Part shown: in pieces, positions 29,026-37,936 of the stretch
Numbering within the stretch: the stretch's first letter is position 1
Layout of the letters: every line of letters starts with the position of its first letter
Source of the DNA: Bacillota bacterium
GTDB lineage: Bacteria; Bacillota; JAAYKD01
Length of the DNA stretch: 64,000 nucleotides
Direction: 5' to 3'
Assembly (NCBI GenBank): GCA_963666425.2
Contig: OY762825.2
Location: 2,656,001-2,720,000 of the forward strand
Notes under the pieces: model-generated
Seen by the model: the letters and a program-made list of their open reading frames with translations, nothing else
Told to the model about the DNA's origin: nothing
Database searches by the model: none
Made by a program: the position numbers and the translations under genes

Positions 29026-29154
29026 ACAAAACAAACAAAAAGCAGCAGGCAGATCGTGCCAGGAAGCCAGACAGTGGAAAAGGATTACACTCCAACGTTC
29101 TGCCTGCTGCTTTCTATTCTGCTTTCCTGTTTTGCACGGATCATCCATACTATT

Positions 29155-29556
29155 CTATCTGACGATCGAATCCACTGCCGGATCGCCGGTGCTTATTAAT
29201 TCAATCACGAGCCGATGCGGCAGGCAGACGGCCATGTCACCCAGCTTCTGCAGCCAGCCAGCTTTGACGTCAATCTGTTCGGCGCAATTTGCGGCTTTGA
29301 CACGAATTCTGCCGTGGTCTACTTCGATCGTATTATAATCTTTGCCTGCTGCATCCCAAACTGTAAATTCATAGGCTTGCTTGACCAAACTAAGGTCAAT
29401 GCGTTCGATCACGACGCCATTTTGGCTGATCTGTGCAGTCAGCGGCGCATCGCTCTGCAGCCAATGCCAGACGGGGTAGACGAGAGACAAGAGAAGAACA
29501 AGCGTTAGGAACATCGCCAGAAACAAATCACCGCGGCGCAGTTTATACGGCAGCAT
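29155..29556 (-). CDS. NusG domain II-containing membrane-anchored protein (Lin0431-like)
   Basis: N-terminal GD.F + TM helix; NTIEV..G.IRV..ANC..Q.DV..GWL...GD..VCLPHRLVIE. Confidence 0.75.
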   Translation of the reverse strand: MLPYKLRRGDLFLAMFLTLVLLLSLVYPVWHWLQSDAPLTAQISQNGVVIERIDLSLVKQAYEFTVWDAAGKDYNTIEVDHGRIRVKAANCAEQIDVKAGWLQKLGDMAVCLPHRLVIELISTGDPAVDSIVR

Positions 29557-30760
29557 GATCTTGAATCAGCTGAATTGCCTGGGTGAAGAAGGCAGAGAGA
29601 TCGGCATTGCCGGGGAGATTGCCTTGCACCAAGACAGGTGAGCCGCCGCCTTTGCCGCCGAAGCTTTGATTCAGTTCTTTCAGGATCAGGTTACAATTTT
29701 GCGGCAGGTCAGCGGAACGGGCCAGCGTGATCTGCGGCGGTGTGTTCTCAATCGCCAACAAGCAAATAGTTTGAGGATGGTCGACCAAATACAGTGCCAG
29801 TTTCTTTAAGTCTGCCAAGGTCCGTGCGGCAGGCAAGCGGACTTTCACCATAGTCATTCCGTTTTGCTGCTGACTTTGCTGGTAGTAACGCTCTGCTTCC
29901 AATTGCAGCAGCTGTTCTTCCGTTTCTGCTAAACGTCTGAGGGTGTCTTTGTTTTGCTGTAAAAAGCGCGGCAGGGCTTGCTGCAGTTCGCTGTCTTTAA
30001 CTGAAAGCTCATTTGCCAGCTGCAGCACGAGTGTATTTTTCCAGGCGTAATCAGCTAAGGCGCGGCCGCCACAGAAAAACTCGACGCGGGTGACTGCTTT
30101 GGATCGTTCCCAACGGCGAATCTTGATCATACCGATCTCGCCGGTGGACTCCGGATGGGTACCGCCGCAGGGAACCATATCGTAGTCTTTGATATCGATG
30201 ATGCGAATATCTTCACTGACCTTGGGTAACTTCCGCAAAGGCATTTTGGCCAATTCTTCCGGCGTTACCCAATGCCGCAGGATGCGATGGTTTTCCCAAA
30301 CAATGTGATTGGCAGTGGCTTCGACTAAATCAATTTCCTCCGCTGTGATCTGCTGAACATCCAAGTCGATGGTCAGATTGGTTTCAGTCAAATGAAAGCC
30401 GATGGTCTGGGCATTGCAGTGCGCTAAAAAAGCCTCAGATAAGATATGCTGGCCGGCATGCTGCTGCATGAAATCAAAACGGCGTGGCCAATCGATTTGA
30501 CAATGTGCCACAGGACCGCCCGGATTGGCTGCCGAGATGTGCAGCACACGGTGCTCCCATTCCACGACATCCATCACCCTTGCTTGGTTGATGCTGCCGG
30601 TATCGTGCGGCTGTCCGCCGGAAGTAGGATAAAAAGCTGTCTGCGTCAGTTCAGTTTCCCATAAGCCCTGTTCATTCTGCCGGCAGGAGAGGATTTCCGC
30701 TGTGAATTCTTTAAGGTAGGGTTGATCGTAATAGAGTTTCCCTTGAATCATTTTATTCAC
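29543..30760 (-). CDS. Free-standing AlaX-like tRNA editing protein with C-Ala/DHHA1 domain
   Basis: LYY..PYL.EF, TAFYPTSGGQPHD, Zn ligands QHAGQH and CGGTH, C-terminal GGKGGG. Confidence 0.85.
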   Translation of the reverse strand: MNKMIQGKLYYDQPYLKEFTAEILSCRQNEQGLWETELTQTAFYPTSGGQPHDTGSINQARVMDVVEWEHRVLHISAANPGGPVAHCQIDWPRRFDFMQQHAGQHILSEAFLAHCNAQTIGFHLTETNLTIDLDVQQITAEEIDLVEATANHIVWENHRILRHWVTPEELAKMPLRKLPKVSEDIRIIDIKDYDMVPCGGTHPESTGEIGMIKIRRWERSKAVTRVEFFCGGRALADYAWKNTLVLQLANELSVKDSELQQALPRFLQQNKDTLRRLAETEEQLLQLEAERYYQQSQQQNGMTMVKVRLPAARTLADLKKLALYLVDHPQTICLLAIENTPPQITLARSADLPQNCNLILKELNQSFGGKGGGSPVLVQGNLPGNADLSAFFTQAIQLIQDHAAV

Positions 30761-30931
30761 CTTATTCTTTTTTCTTCTATTATAACGATTGTGACGCTAA
30801 AAAGAAAGAGCGTCTGAAAAAATCTCCTTCGATTCAGAAGGAGTCTGAGATTTCCTTAGAGAATAGAAATAATCATCGGTCTGATTTAGGGCCGATGAGG
30901 ATTCATTCTATTTTTTAAGGAGGAGATTGCA

Positions 30932-32095
30932 TTGATTACAGCGATTCGCGGCGGTAAGGTCTATACCATTACCAACGGTACTCTGGAGAACGGCACAGTA
31001 TTAATTGAAAACGGTAAAATTAAGGCTGTCGGCAGTAAGGTTGCCATTCCGAAAGGCGCAACCATTATCGAAGCAGCCGGTAAAACAGTAATGCCCGGTT
31101 TGATTGATTCCCATTCTCATCTCTCCCTGTTTGGCGATCCCAGTTTGCCTGCCACATCCGACGGCAATGAAATCACGAATTACAATACAGCCGAATTAAG
31201 AGGCATGGATTCCCTCAATCCGGATGATCCTGCGATTCCCGTTGTCCGCGCTGCCGGTGTGACGACCGTTTATACCGGTCCCGGCTCTGCCAATATTATC
31301 GGTGGTACCGGCTTTGCCATGAAATTGCGTGGCCGCACCGTTGATGAAATGATCATTCCGGGTACTGAAGGCATGAAGATGGCTTTAGGCGAAAATCCCA
31401 AACGCTGCTATGGCGATATGAAAAAAGTATTCCCGGCTACCCGGATGGGCAATGCCGCTGCGCTGCGTTTGTCCTTGGTTGCCGCGCAGAATTACTTAAA
31501 TAAGATTGAACAAGCCGAAAAAGAAGGCAAGCCGTTACCGGATCGTGATCTGAAGCTGGAAGCCGTTGGCCGCGTCTTAAAACGCGAAATCAAAGCGCGT
31601 ATCCATGCACATCGCGCCGATGATATCCTGACTGCCATTCGTATTTCTGAAGAATTCAATATTGATTATGTCATTGAGCACTGCACAGAAGGCTATAAGA
31701 TCGCCGATATCCTGGCCGCCAAACATGTGCGCGCTACCGTCGGTCCTTTACTGATGGGCCACAGCAAACATGAGCTTTGGAATGTCTCTCTGCAAAACCC
31801 TGCCATCTTAGCCAAAGCCGGCGTAAAAGTTGGTTTGCAGGCCGATACAGCTGCCGATACAAAATATCTGCCGATCAATATTGGTATCTGCATGCGCGAA
31901 GGCTTAAGCGAAGAAGACGCTTTCCGCGGCGTGACCATCGTTGCTGCCGAGATCCTTGGTCTGGAAGACAGATTGGGTTCTCTGGAAGTCGGTAAAGATG
32001 CTGACATCGCGATTTTCGATGGCTATCCGTTCTGCAACCTTACTCATTGCGATATGGTCTTCATCGACGGAGAAGTCGTTTTTGAACGCAAATAG
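30932..32095 (+). CDS. Amidohydrolase superfamily protein
   Basis: MPGLIDSHSH, KMALGENPK, HAHRADDI, HCTEG, GSLEVGKDAD; TTG start after AAGGAGGAG. Confidence 0.88.
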   Translation: MITAIRGGKVYTITNGTLENGTVLIENGKIKAVGSKVAIPKGATIIEAAGKTVMPGLIDSHSHLSLFGDPSLPATSDGNEITNYNTAELRGMDSLNPDDPAIPVVRAAGVTTVYTGPGSANIIGGTGFAMKLRGRTVDEMIIPGTEGMKMALGENPKRCYGDMKKVFPATRMGNAAALRLSLVAAQNYLNKIEQAEKEGKPLPDRDLKLEAVGRVLKREIKARIHAHRADDILTAIRISEEFNIDYVIEHCTEGYKIADILAAKHVRATVGPLLMGHSKHELWNVSLQNPAILAKAGVKVGLQADTAADTKYLPINIGICMREGLSEEDAFRGVTIVAAEILGLEDRLGSLEVGKDADIAIFDGYPFCNLTHCDMVFIDGEVVFERK

Positions 32096-32116
32096 TACTC
32101 ACCATGTCACTGTGCG

Positions 32117-32152
32117 CAGGAGTTGTTCTCATCGTGGAACAACTCCTGTTTT
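32117..32152 (+). terminator. Intrinsic terminator
   Basis: CAGGAGTTGTTC...GAACAACTCCTG-TTTT. Confidence 0.8.
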
Positions 32153-32155
32153 CTA

Positions 32156-32184
32156 TTTACAAAAAGCAACAATACGGGTATAAT
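32156..32184 (+). promoter_or_regulatory. sigma-A promoter of selD
   Basis: TTTACA-N17-TATAAT. Confidence 0.65.
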
Positions 32185-32218
32185 CAACCAAAAGATCAAA
32201 ACAGAAGGCGGTTTTTTA

Positions 32219-33313
32219 ATGAAACAGGAATTTACAACACCGATCAAATTTCTTGGCACGGTCGATCAAACGATCCAACCGGAAAAGCCGATTCGGCTGA
32301 CTGCAATGACCAATGCCGCCGGCTGAGCAGCGAAATTGGATCCGACGATCCTGGCGCAAGTTTTGCGCTACTTACCTACTCCCACCGATCCGAATTTACT
32401 GGTTGGCATCGAAACCTCGGATGATGCCGCCGTCTATCGCTTAACCGATGATCTGGCTGTCATTCAAACCCTCGATTTTTTCACGCCGATCGTGGATGAT
32501 CCCTATTTGTTTGGCCAGATCGCGGCAGCCAATTCCTTGTCCGATATCTATGCCATGGGCGGTAAGCCGATTTTAGCACTGAATATTGTTTGTTTTCCCA
32601 ATCATCTTCCTGCGGAAATCCTAGGGGAAATTTTACGCGGCGGTGCCGATAAGGTGACGGAAGCCGGCGCCTCAACGGTTGGCGGCCACTCTGTGCAGGA
32701 TAACGAACCAAAATACGGCCTTTCAGTGACCGGCTTGGTTCACCCCAATAAAATTTGGGCCAATAAGGGAGCGCAGGAAGGCGATGTTCTATTGCTGACC
32801 AAACCGTTGGGCAGCGGTATATTAAATACGGCTGCTAAAGTTGATTTACTGACTCCTGAAATATTAAGAGAGGCAATTGACTGGATGCGGATGCTCAATC
32901 GGAAAGCAGCGGAACTGGCTTATGATTTACCGCTTTCGGCGGTGACAGATATCACCGGCTTTGGCTTCTTAGGTCATCTTTGCGAGATGGCGCAGGGCAG
33001 CGGTAAAAATGTGCAAATTGACAGCTGCAAAATTCCCGTCATGAACGGTGCCAGAGCCATGGCGGAGATGGGCATGATTCCGGCCGGAGCCTACCGCAAT
33101 CGGGAGCATATCAGCCAATGGGTCGATATGGAGCCGAGCGTTCCGCTTTGGCTGCAGGATGTTTTAGTCGATCCGCAGACTTCCGGTGGATTGCTGCTGT
33201 CTTTGCCGCCGCAGGCAGCCGCTGAATTACAAAAACGCTATCAGGCTGCCGGCGTCTTTTACGCGAATGTTGGTCAGGTGCTGGGTAATGGCGGTAAGAT
33301 CCACATCATCTAA
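32219..33313 (+). CDS. selD: Selenide,water dikinase (selenoprotein; Sec at TGA 32324-32326)
   Basis: Track ORFs 32123..32326 and 32336..33313 share a frame, giving [15 protein letters not shown]. Also [43 protein letters not shown]. Confidence 0.93.
32338..32351 (+). promoter_or_regulatory. Candidate SECIS hairpin of selD
   Basis: GGATC-CGAC-GATCC starting 11 nt after the UGA. Confidence 0.5.
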
Positions 33314-33346
33314 AACGGCAGCAAGGAACCGGGAAGAGGTGCAAGC

Positions 33347-34090
33347 ATGAAGCAAATCCTGATTGAAACCTGTTGTGCTTCCGCTGCGGATGCGTTTGCT
33401 TCGGCTGCTGCCGGGATCCGGCGCATCGAATTGAACAGTGCTCTGGCCTTGGGTGGTTTGACGCCCAGTATCGGCACTCTCCAGCAGATTAAAGCAAAAA
33501 CCTCGTTATCCGTTATGGCCATGCTGCGCCCGCGCAGTGGGGGGATGTGTTATTCGGAGGACGAATTCGAAACGATGTGTTGGGATGCCAAAGCCTTGCT
33601 GCAGGCCGGCGCCGACGGTTTGGTTTTTGGTGTTTTACAAGCGAACGGTGAGATCGACTGTCAACGCTGCAGCAGAATCCTTACCCTGATCGGCTCAAAA
33701 CAGGCGGTGTTTCACCGGGCTTTTGATCTGACCCCGCAGCCGCTGCAAGCACTGGAACAATTGATTCAGCTTGGCTTTCACCGGATTCTGACCAGCGGTC
33801 AAAAACCTTCTGTTGTTCAGGCGGTTGATCTGATTCGCCATATAGAACAACAAGCAGCGGGGCGCATCGAAATCCTGCCCGGCGGTGGATTAAGGATGCA
33901 GAACGTTGAAGAATTCGTCCGCCAAAGCGGCTGTAGGCAAATTCATATGACACCGCGGATCAGTTATCTGGATCGCTCCGCAGACGGAAATCCGGCGCTG
34001 CATTTTGGTGCGGCCAGCCTGCCGGCTGAGAATGAAGTGAGTTTGGTCGACCGCGCCGCACTGGAACTGCTGCAGATGAAACTCTTATGA
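33347..34090 (+). CDS. cutC: Copper homeostasis protein CutC
   Basis: IETCC, RIEL..AL..GGLTPS, MLRPR.G, FHRAFD, RILTSG, PGGG. Confidence 0.92.
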   Translation: MKQILIETCCASAADAFASAAAGIRRIELNSALALGGLTPSIGTLQQIKAKTSLSVMAMLRPRSGGMCYSEDEFETMCWDAKALLQAGADGLVFGVLQANGEIDCQRCSRILTLIGSKQAVFHRAFDLTPQPLQALEQLIQLGFHRILTSGQKPSVVQAVDLIRHIEQQAAGRIEILPGGGLRMQNVEEFVRQSGCRQIHMTPRISYLDRSADGNPALHFGAASLPAENEVSLVDRAALELLQMKLL

Positions 34091-34216
34091 TGATTATTGC
34101 TAAAAAATCGAAAACAGACAGGATGCTAGAAAGGGATTTTCTTTTCGTATAAAGAATATAGATAGGAGGAATAAGAAATTCTCTTTTTTTTCAATATCAA
34201 AAAAATTAATATGGCT

Positions 34217-34410
34217 GCATGAGATAATCGGGAGAGAGCAGATACCAATGCCACCGAAGGAGCAACGTCCGTTTTGCTAAAACCGGCGAAAACTTTCAGG
34301 TAAAAGGACCGATGATTGACAGCACTCTGGAAAGTTCCCAGAACACCGACGGAGTAAACTCTGTTCTTTTTGTACAGAATGAATCTCTCAGGTTCCAAGG
34401 ACAGAGAAAT
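34217..34410 (+). ncRNA. Tandem glycine riboswitch
   Basis: Aptamer 1: GGAGAG...CCGAAGGAGCAA...AAACTTTCAGGTAAAAGGAC. Aptamer 2: CTCTGGAAAG...CCGACGGAGTAA...AATCTCTCAGG...GGACAGAG. Confidence 0.93.
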
Positions 34411-34446
34411 AGGGCGTTTATTCCCTCTATTCTCTGCTTTTTTTTC
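34402..34446 (+). terminator. Riboswitch expression-platform terminator
   Basis: CAGAGAAATAGGG...CCCTCTATTCTCTG-C-TTTTTTTT; the 5' arm overlaps the P1 3' strand of aptamer 2. Confidence 0.8.
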
Positions 34447-34460
34447 GTTTAGGAGACAAT

Positions 34461-34838
34461 ATGAAAAAAGTAATGATCATTACCAATAATCCGCAGGTTG
34501 CCCCGATTGAAGGAGCTGTGTATTATGACGAAACTTTACTGGAAATCCTGACAAGGGTACGTGATTTAGTCCATGCCGGCTATGTCCTGATATCGCATCC
34601 GCTGACCGGCAGTGTGAAACCGAATCAGACACCCTATAAATCGGTGATTTTAGAGCCGAAACCCTTAGCGCAGGTAGACGAATTTTCTCTGCAGATTATT
34701 GAAAGCAGCATGGCTATGACAGCCAAATTACTCATGGATAGACCTTTGAGGCCGCGCAGTGAAGCAATCAAAGCGGATTATGCAATGATTGATCATTCTT
34801 TGATGATGAGCGGGCTGCAAAGTTTGTCACATTTCTAG
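34461..34838 (+). CDS. grdX: GrdX protein
   Basis: IITNNP.V, VRDLVH.G..L.SHPL.GSVKPNQTPYKS, DYAMID; first gene of the grd operon. Confidence 0.9.
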   Translation: MKKVMIITNNPQVAPIEGAVYYDETLLEILTRVRDLVHAGYVLISHPLTGSVKPNQTPYKSVILEPKPLAQVDEFSLQIIESSMAMTAKLLMDRPLRPRSEAIKADYAMIDHSLMMSGLQSLSHF

Positions 34839-34873
34839 ATTTATTTGGAAGGTTCAAAAAGGAGGAGTTTATC

Positions 34874-36097
34874 ATGGCTAATTATAAGTTTGATCTCGTG
34901 ATCGTTGGCGGTGGTCCCGGCGGTTTAGCCGCGGCGATCTATGGTTCCCGTTCCAAGATTTCTACGGTAGTGATTGAAAAAAGCCGTCCCGGCGGCCAAA
35001 TTGCCACGACCGAAGATTGGGAGAATTATCCCGGTGTTCCTCATACCAGCGGTCAGGAAGGAATGAAGGTTTGGGTCGAGCACGCCAAAAAATTCGGAGC
35101 TGAATTTGTCAAAGATGATGTCATTGATATTGTTGATGCCGGTGATTATAAGATCGTCAAAGGCAAAGAGAATACCTTTGAAGCCAAAGTTGTGGTGCTC
35201 TCCGTAGGCGCTGTGCCGCGTGAACTGGGTGTTCCGGGCGAACGTGAATTCAGAGGCAAAGGTGTTTCCTACTGCGCTACCTGCGATGCCGATTTCTTTA
35301 CTGAATTGGATGTCGTGGTGGTTGGTTCCGGTGATCAGGCAGTCGAAGAGGGAATGTATTTAACCAAGTTTGCTGAGAGCGTCACCGTCATTGTTCTGCA
35401 TGACGAAGGAACGCTGGACTGCACGCCTGTCTTAAAAGAACGTGCTTTCCGCAATCCAAAAATGAAATGGGTCTGGAATTCCACGGTCAACGCCATCAAA
35501 GGTGACGGCATCGTCGACACCGTAGAACTGAAGAACATCAAGACCGGCGCAATTTCAGAATTAGCAGCCAATGGCGTTTTCTTCTTTGTTGGAATGGTAC
35601 CGCAAACAGATTGGCTGAAGGGTATTGTTGACATGGACAAACGCGGCTACATTATTGCCAATGAAATGTGTGAAACCAATGTCGACGGGATTTATGCCGT
35701 TGGCGATGCCAGACAAAAATTCCTGCGTCAAGTGGTTACCGCTGCCGCTGACGGCGCCATTGCCGCCACAGCCGCTGAGAAATTTATCCATGAAGAAGAA
35801 GGCTTCCGGGAAACCGTTCTCGATGAGAAGATCCCCGTGGTGGTTTCTTTCTGGAATCCGACCAAACCTTCCACCATGGACCTGAATACTCGCTTGGAAG
35901 CCATGATGGCGCCTTACAAAGGCAAAATCAAACTGGTGAAGATTGATACTTACCGCAATATCCGCATTTCCCGCAAATGTGAGATAAAGGATATTCCGGC
36001 TATCCTGTTGTATAAAGAAGGTAAGATCGTAGCGCGTTTTGATGTTACGATTGATGAAACAGCGCTAGCGGCGAAAATTGCCGAATTGGCGCTCTAA
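34874..36097 (+). CDS. trxB: Thioredoxin reductase with fused C-terminal thioredoxin-like domain
   Basis: GGGPGG, ENYPG, GVSYCATCD, GIYAVGD, RQVVTAAADG, followed by a ~100-aa Trx fold (VVVSFWNP...KLVKID...IPAILLYKEG). Confidence 0.9.
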   Translation: MANYKFDLVIVGGGPGGLAAAIYGSRSKISTVVIEKSRPGGQIATTEDWENYPGVPHTSGQEGMKVWVEHAKKFGAEFVKDDVIDIVDAGDYKIVKGKENTFEAKVVVLSVGAVPRELGVPGEREFRGKGVSYCATCDADFFTELDVVVVGSGDQAVEEGMYLTKFAESVTVIVLHDEGTLDCTPVLKERAFRNPKMKWVWNSTVNAIKGDGIVDTVELKNIKTGAISELAANGVFFFVGMVPQTDWLKGIVDMDKRGYIIANEMCETNVDGIYAVGDARQKFLRQVVTAAADGAIAATAAEKFIHEEEGFRETVLDEKIPVVVSFWNPTKPSTMDLNTRLEAMMAPYKGKIKLVKIDTYRNIRISRKCEIKDIPAILLYKEGKIVARFDVTIDETALAAKIAELAL

Positions 36098-36178
36098 ATG
36101 CTGCGAGTGTTCGTCGAATGATTGGATTCGATGGTCGCTTATAGATGGTTTCCGATCACTGTAAAGGAGGTGAAATAG

Positions 36179-36493
36179 ATGGTTGCTTTAACAAAAGAGA
36201 CTTTTGATGCGGAAGTCCGCGAATTTCCAGGAGCTGTTTTGGTAGATTTTTGGTCTCCCAAATGTGATCCCTGCATGGCGCTTCTTCCTTCTGTAGAACA
36301 ATTGGCAGAAGAGTGGGAAGGCAAAGTAAAGTTCTGTAAAGTCAATGCTTTAGAAAACCGCCGCCTTTGCATCAAAGAGAAGGTTCTAGGGCTTCCCACC
36401 ATTCAATTTTATAAAAATGGCGAAAAACTGAACGAACTGACCAAAGACGATGCAACGGAAGACAATATCAAAGCGGAATTAGCAAAATTCTAA
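36179..36493 (+). CDS. trxA: Thioredoxin (glycine-reductase type)
   Basis: VDFWSPKCDPC, NRRLCI..KVLGLPT. Confidence 0.92.
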   Translation: MVALTKETFDAEVREFPGAVLVDFWSPKCDPCMALLPSVEQLAEEWEGKVKFCKVNALENRRLCIKEKVLGLPTIQFYKNGEKLNELTKDDATEDNIKAELAKF

Positions 36494-36545
36494 TGGTTGT
36501 TATACCCTCGCCAGAAAAGGCGAAGGATATCAGGAGGTGAACCTA

Positions 36546-37832
36546 ATGCGGTTGGAACTTGGTTATATCCATATTAAAGACGTAAAATTCGGCGAAGAAA
36601 CGAAGATCAGCGATGGTACGCTTACGATTAATAAAGCGGCATTACTGGAAGCTGTTGCAGGCGATGAACGCATTGTTTCAGTTGATATTGATATCGTCCA
36701 TCCGGGCGAATCTGTCCGTATTATTCCGGTGAAAGACGTCGTTGAACCCCGCGTAAAAGTAAAAGGTCCCGGCAATGTCTTTCCAGGTATGCTTGGTAAG
36801 GTAGAGATGGTTGGCGAAGGCCGCACCCATGTATTGCAGGGTATGGCTGTTGTCACCACCGGTAAAATCGTTGGTTTCCAGGAAGGTATTATTGATATGA
36901 CCGGTCCTGGTGCAGATTACACTCCGTTCTCCAAGCTGCATAATGTTGTTGTAACAGTCGAGCCAAAAGCTGGCGTTTTACAACATGACCATGAAGCTTC
37001 TGTTCGTATGATCGGATTCAAAGCTGCTGCCTATTTGGCTGAAGCCGGCCGTACTGCCAAAGTTGACGAAGAAAAAGTCTACGAACATCTGCCGATCTTC
37101 AAATCCGCAGAGAAGTATGGCAATTTGCCTAAAGTCGTATACGTATATATGCTGCAAACCCAAGGCTTGCTGCATGACACCTATGTCTACGGCGTAGATG
37201 CAAAACGCATTCTTCCCACTTTAATGTCTCCTACCGAAATGTTTGATGGCGCGATTGTCAGCGGCAACTGTGTGTCTGCCTGCGATAAGAATCCTTCCAT
37301 CGTTCATGAAAACAGCCCAGTCGTTACCGATTTATTGGAACGTCATGGCAAAGATTTCAACTTCATCGGCGTCGTCATCACCAATGAAAATGTAACTTTG
37401 GCTGATAAAGAACGTTCTTCTAACTTCACGACCAAACTGGTTGAGATGTTGGGTGCTGACGCTGTCATTATCTCCGAAGAAGGCTTCGGCAACCCCGATG
37501 CCGACTTGATCATGAACTGTGTCAAACTAGAGAAAAAAGGCGTAAAAACCGTTCTCCTGACCGACGAATATGCCGGCCGCGACGGCGCTTCTCAGTCTTT
37601 AGCAGACGCGAATGTTTTGGGTAATGCTTGTGTCACTGCCGGTAATGCGAATGAAGTCATTTTATTACCGCCGATGGCTAAAGTCATTGGTCATCCCGAA
37701 GTTGCCGATGTGATTGCCGGCGGTTGGAACGGTTCTTTGAGAAAAGACGGCTCCATCGAAGCTGAAATCCAGGTAATTACCGGTGCAACCAACGAAGTGG
37801 GCTATTTCACTTTAACTGCAAAACAAATCTAG
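36546..37832 (+). CDS. grdE: Glycine reductase component B proprotein
   Basis: MRLELG.I.IKDV, PVKDVVEPR.K, GFQEGIIDMTGPGA, cleavage site SGN/CVSAC, EEGFGNPD. Confidence 0.93.
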   Translation: MRLELGYIHIKDVKFGEETKISDGTLTINKAALLEAVAGDERIVSVDIDIVHPGESVRIIPVKDVVEPRVKVKGPGNVFPGMLGKVEMVGEGRTHVLQGMAVVTTGKIVGFQEGIIDMTGPGADYTPFSKLHNVVVTVEPKAGVLQHDHEASVRMIGFKAAAYLAEAGRTAKVDEEKVYEHLPIFKSAEKYGNLPKVVYVYMLQTQGLLHDTYVYGVDAKRILPTLMSPTEMFDGAIVSGNCVSACDKNPSIVHENSPVVTDLLERHGKDFNFIGVVITNENVTLADKERSSNFTTKLVEMLGADAVIISEEGFGNPDADLIMNCVKLEKKGVKTVLLTDEYAGRDGASQSLADANVLGNACVTAGNANEVILLPPMAKVIGHPEVADVIAGGWNGSLRKDGSIEAEIQVITGATNEVGYFTLTAKQI

Positions 37833-37936
37833 CAAGTCAGTCTCATTTGAAAGCAACATTTCCCGCGAATTACAGTGTTAGGAAAAATTACAGATTTTAG
37901 AATAAATTGAAATTAGTATGGAAGGAGTTGGCGCTC

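Noticed and set aside
29038-29114. 15-bp inverted repeat with a large loop, as a possible MITE or ncRNA
   Set aside because: It sits between convergent genes with A/T flanks and has no target duplication or second copy; a bidirectional terminator is the simpler explanation.
25731-34093. Sec read-through at the TGA stops of mutS2 and cutC (also trmL and cmk)
   Set aside because: These TGAs fall at the normal C-termini of complete proteins, with no redox motif or SECIS; cutC and cmk have tandem TGATGA.
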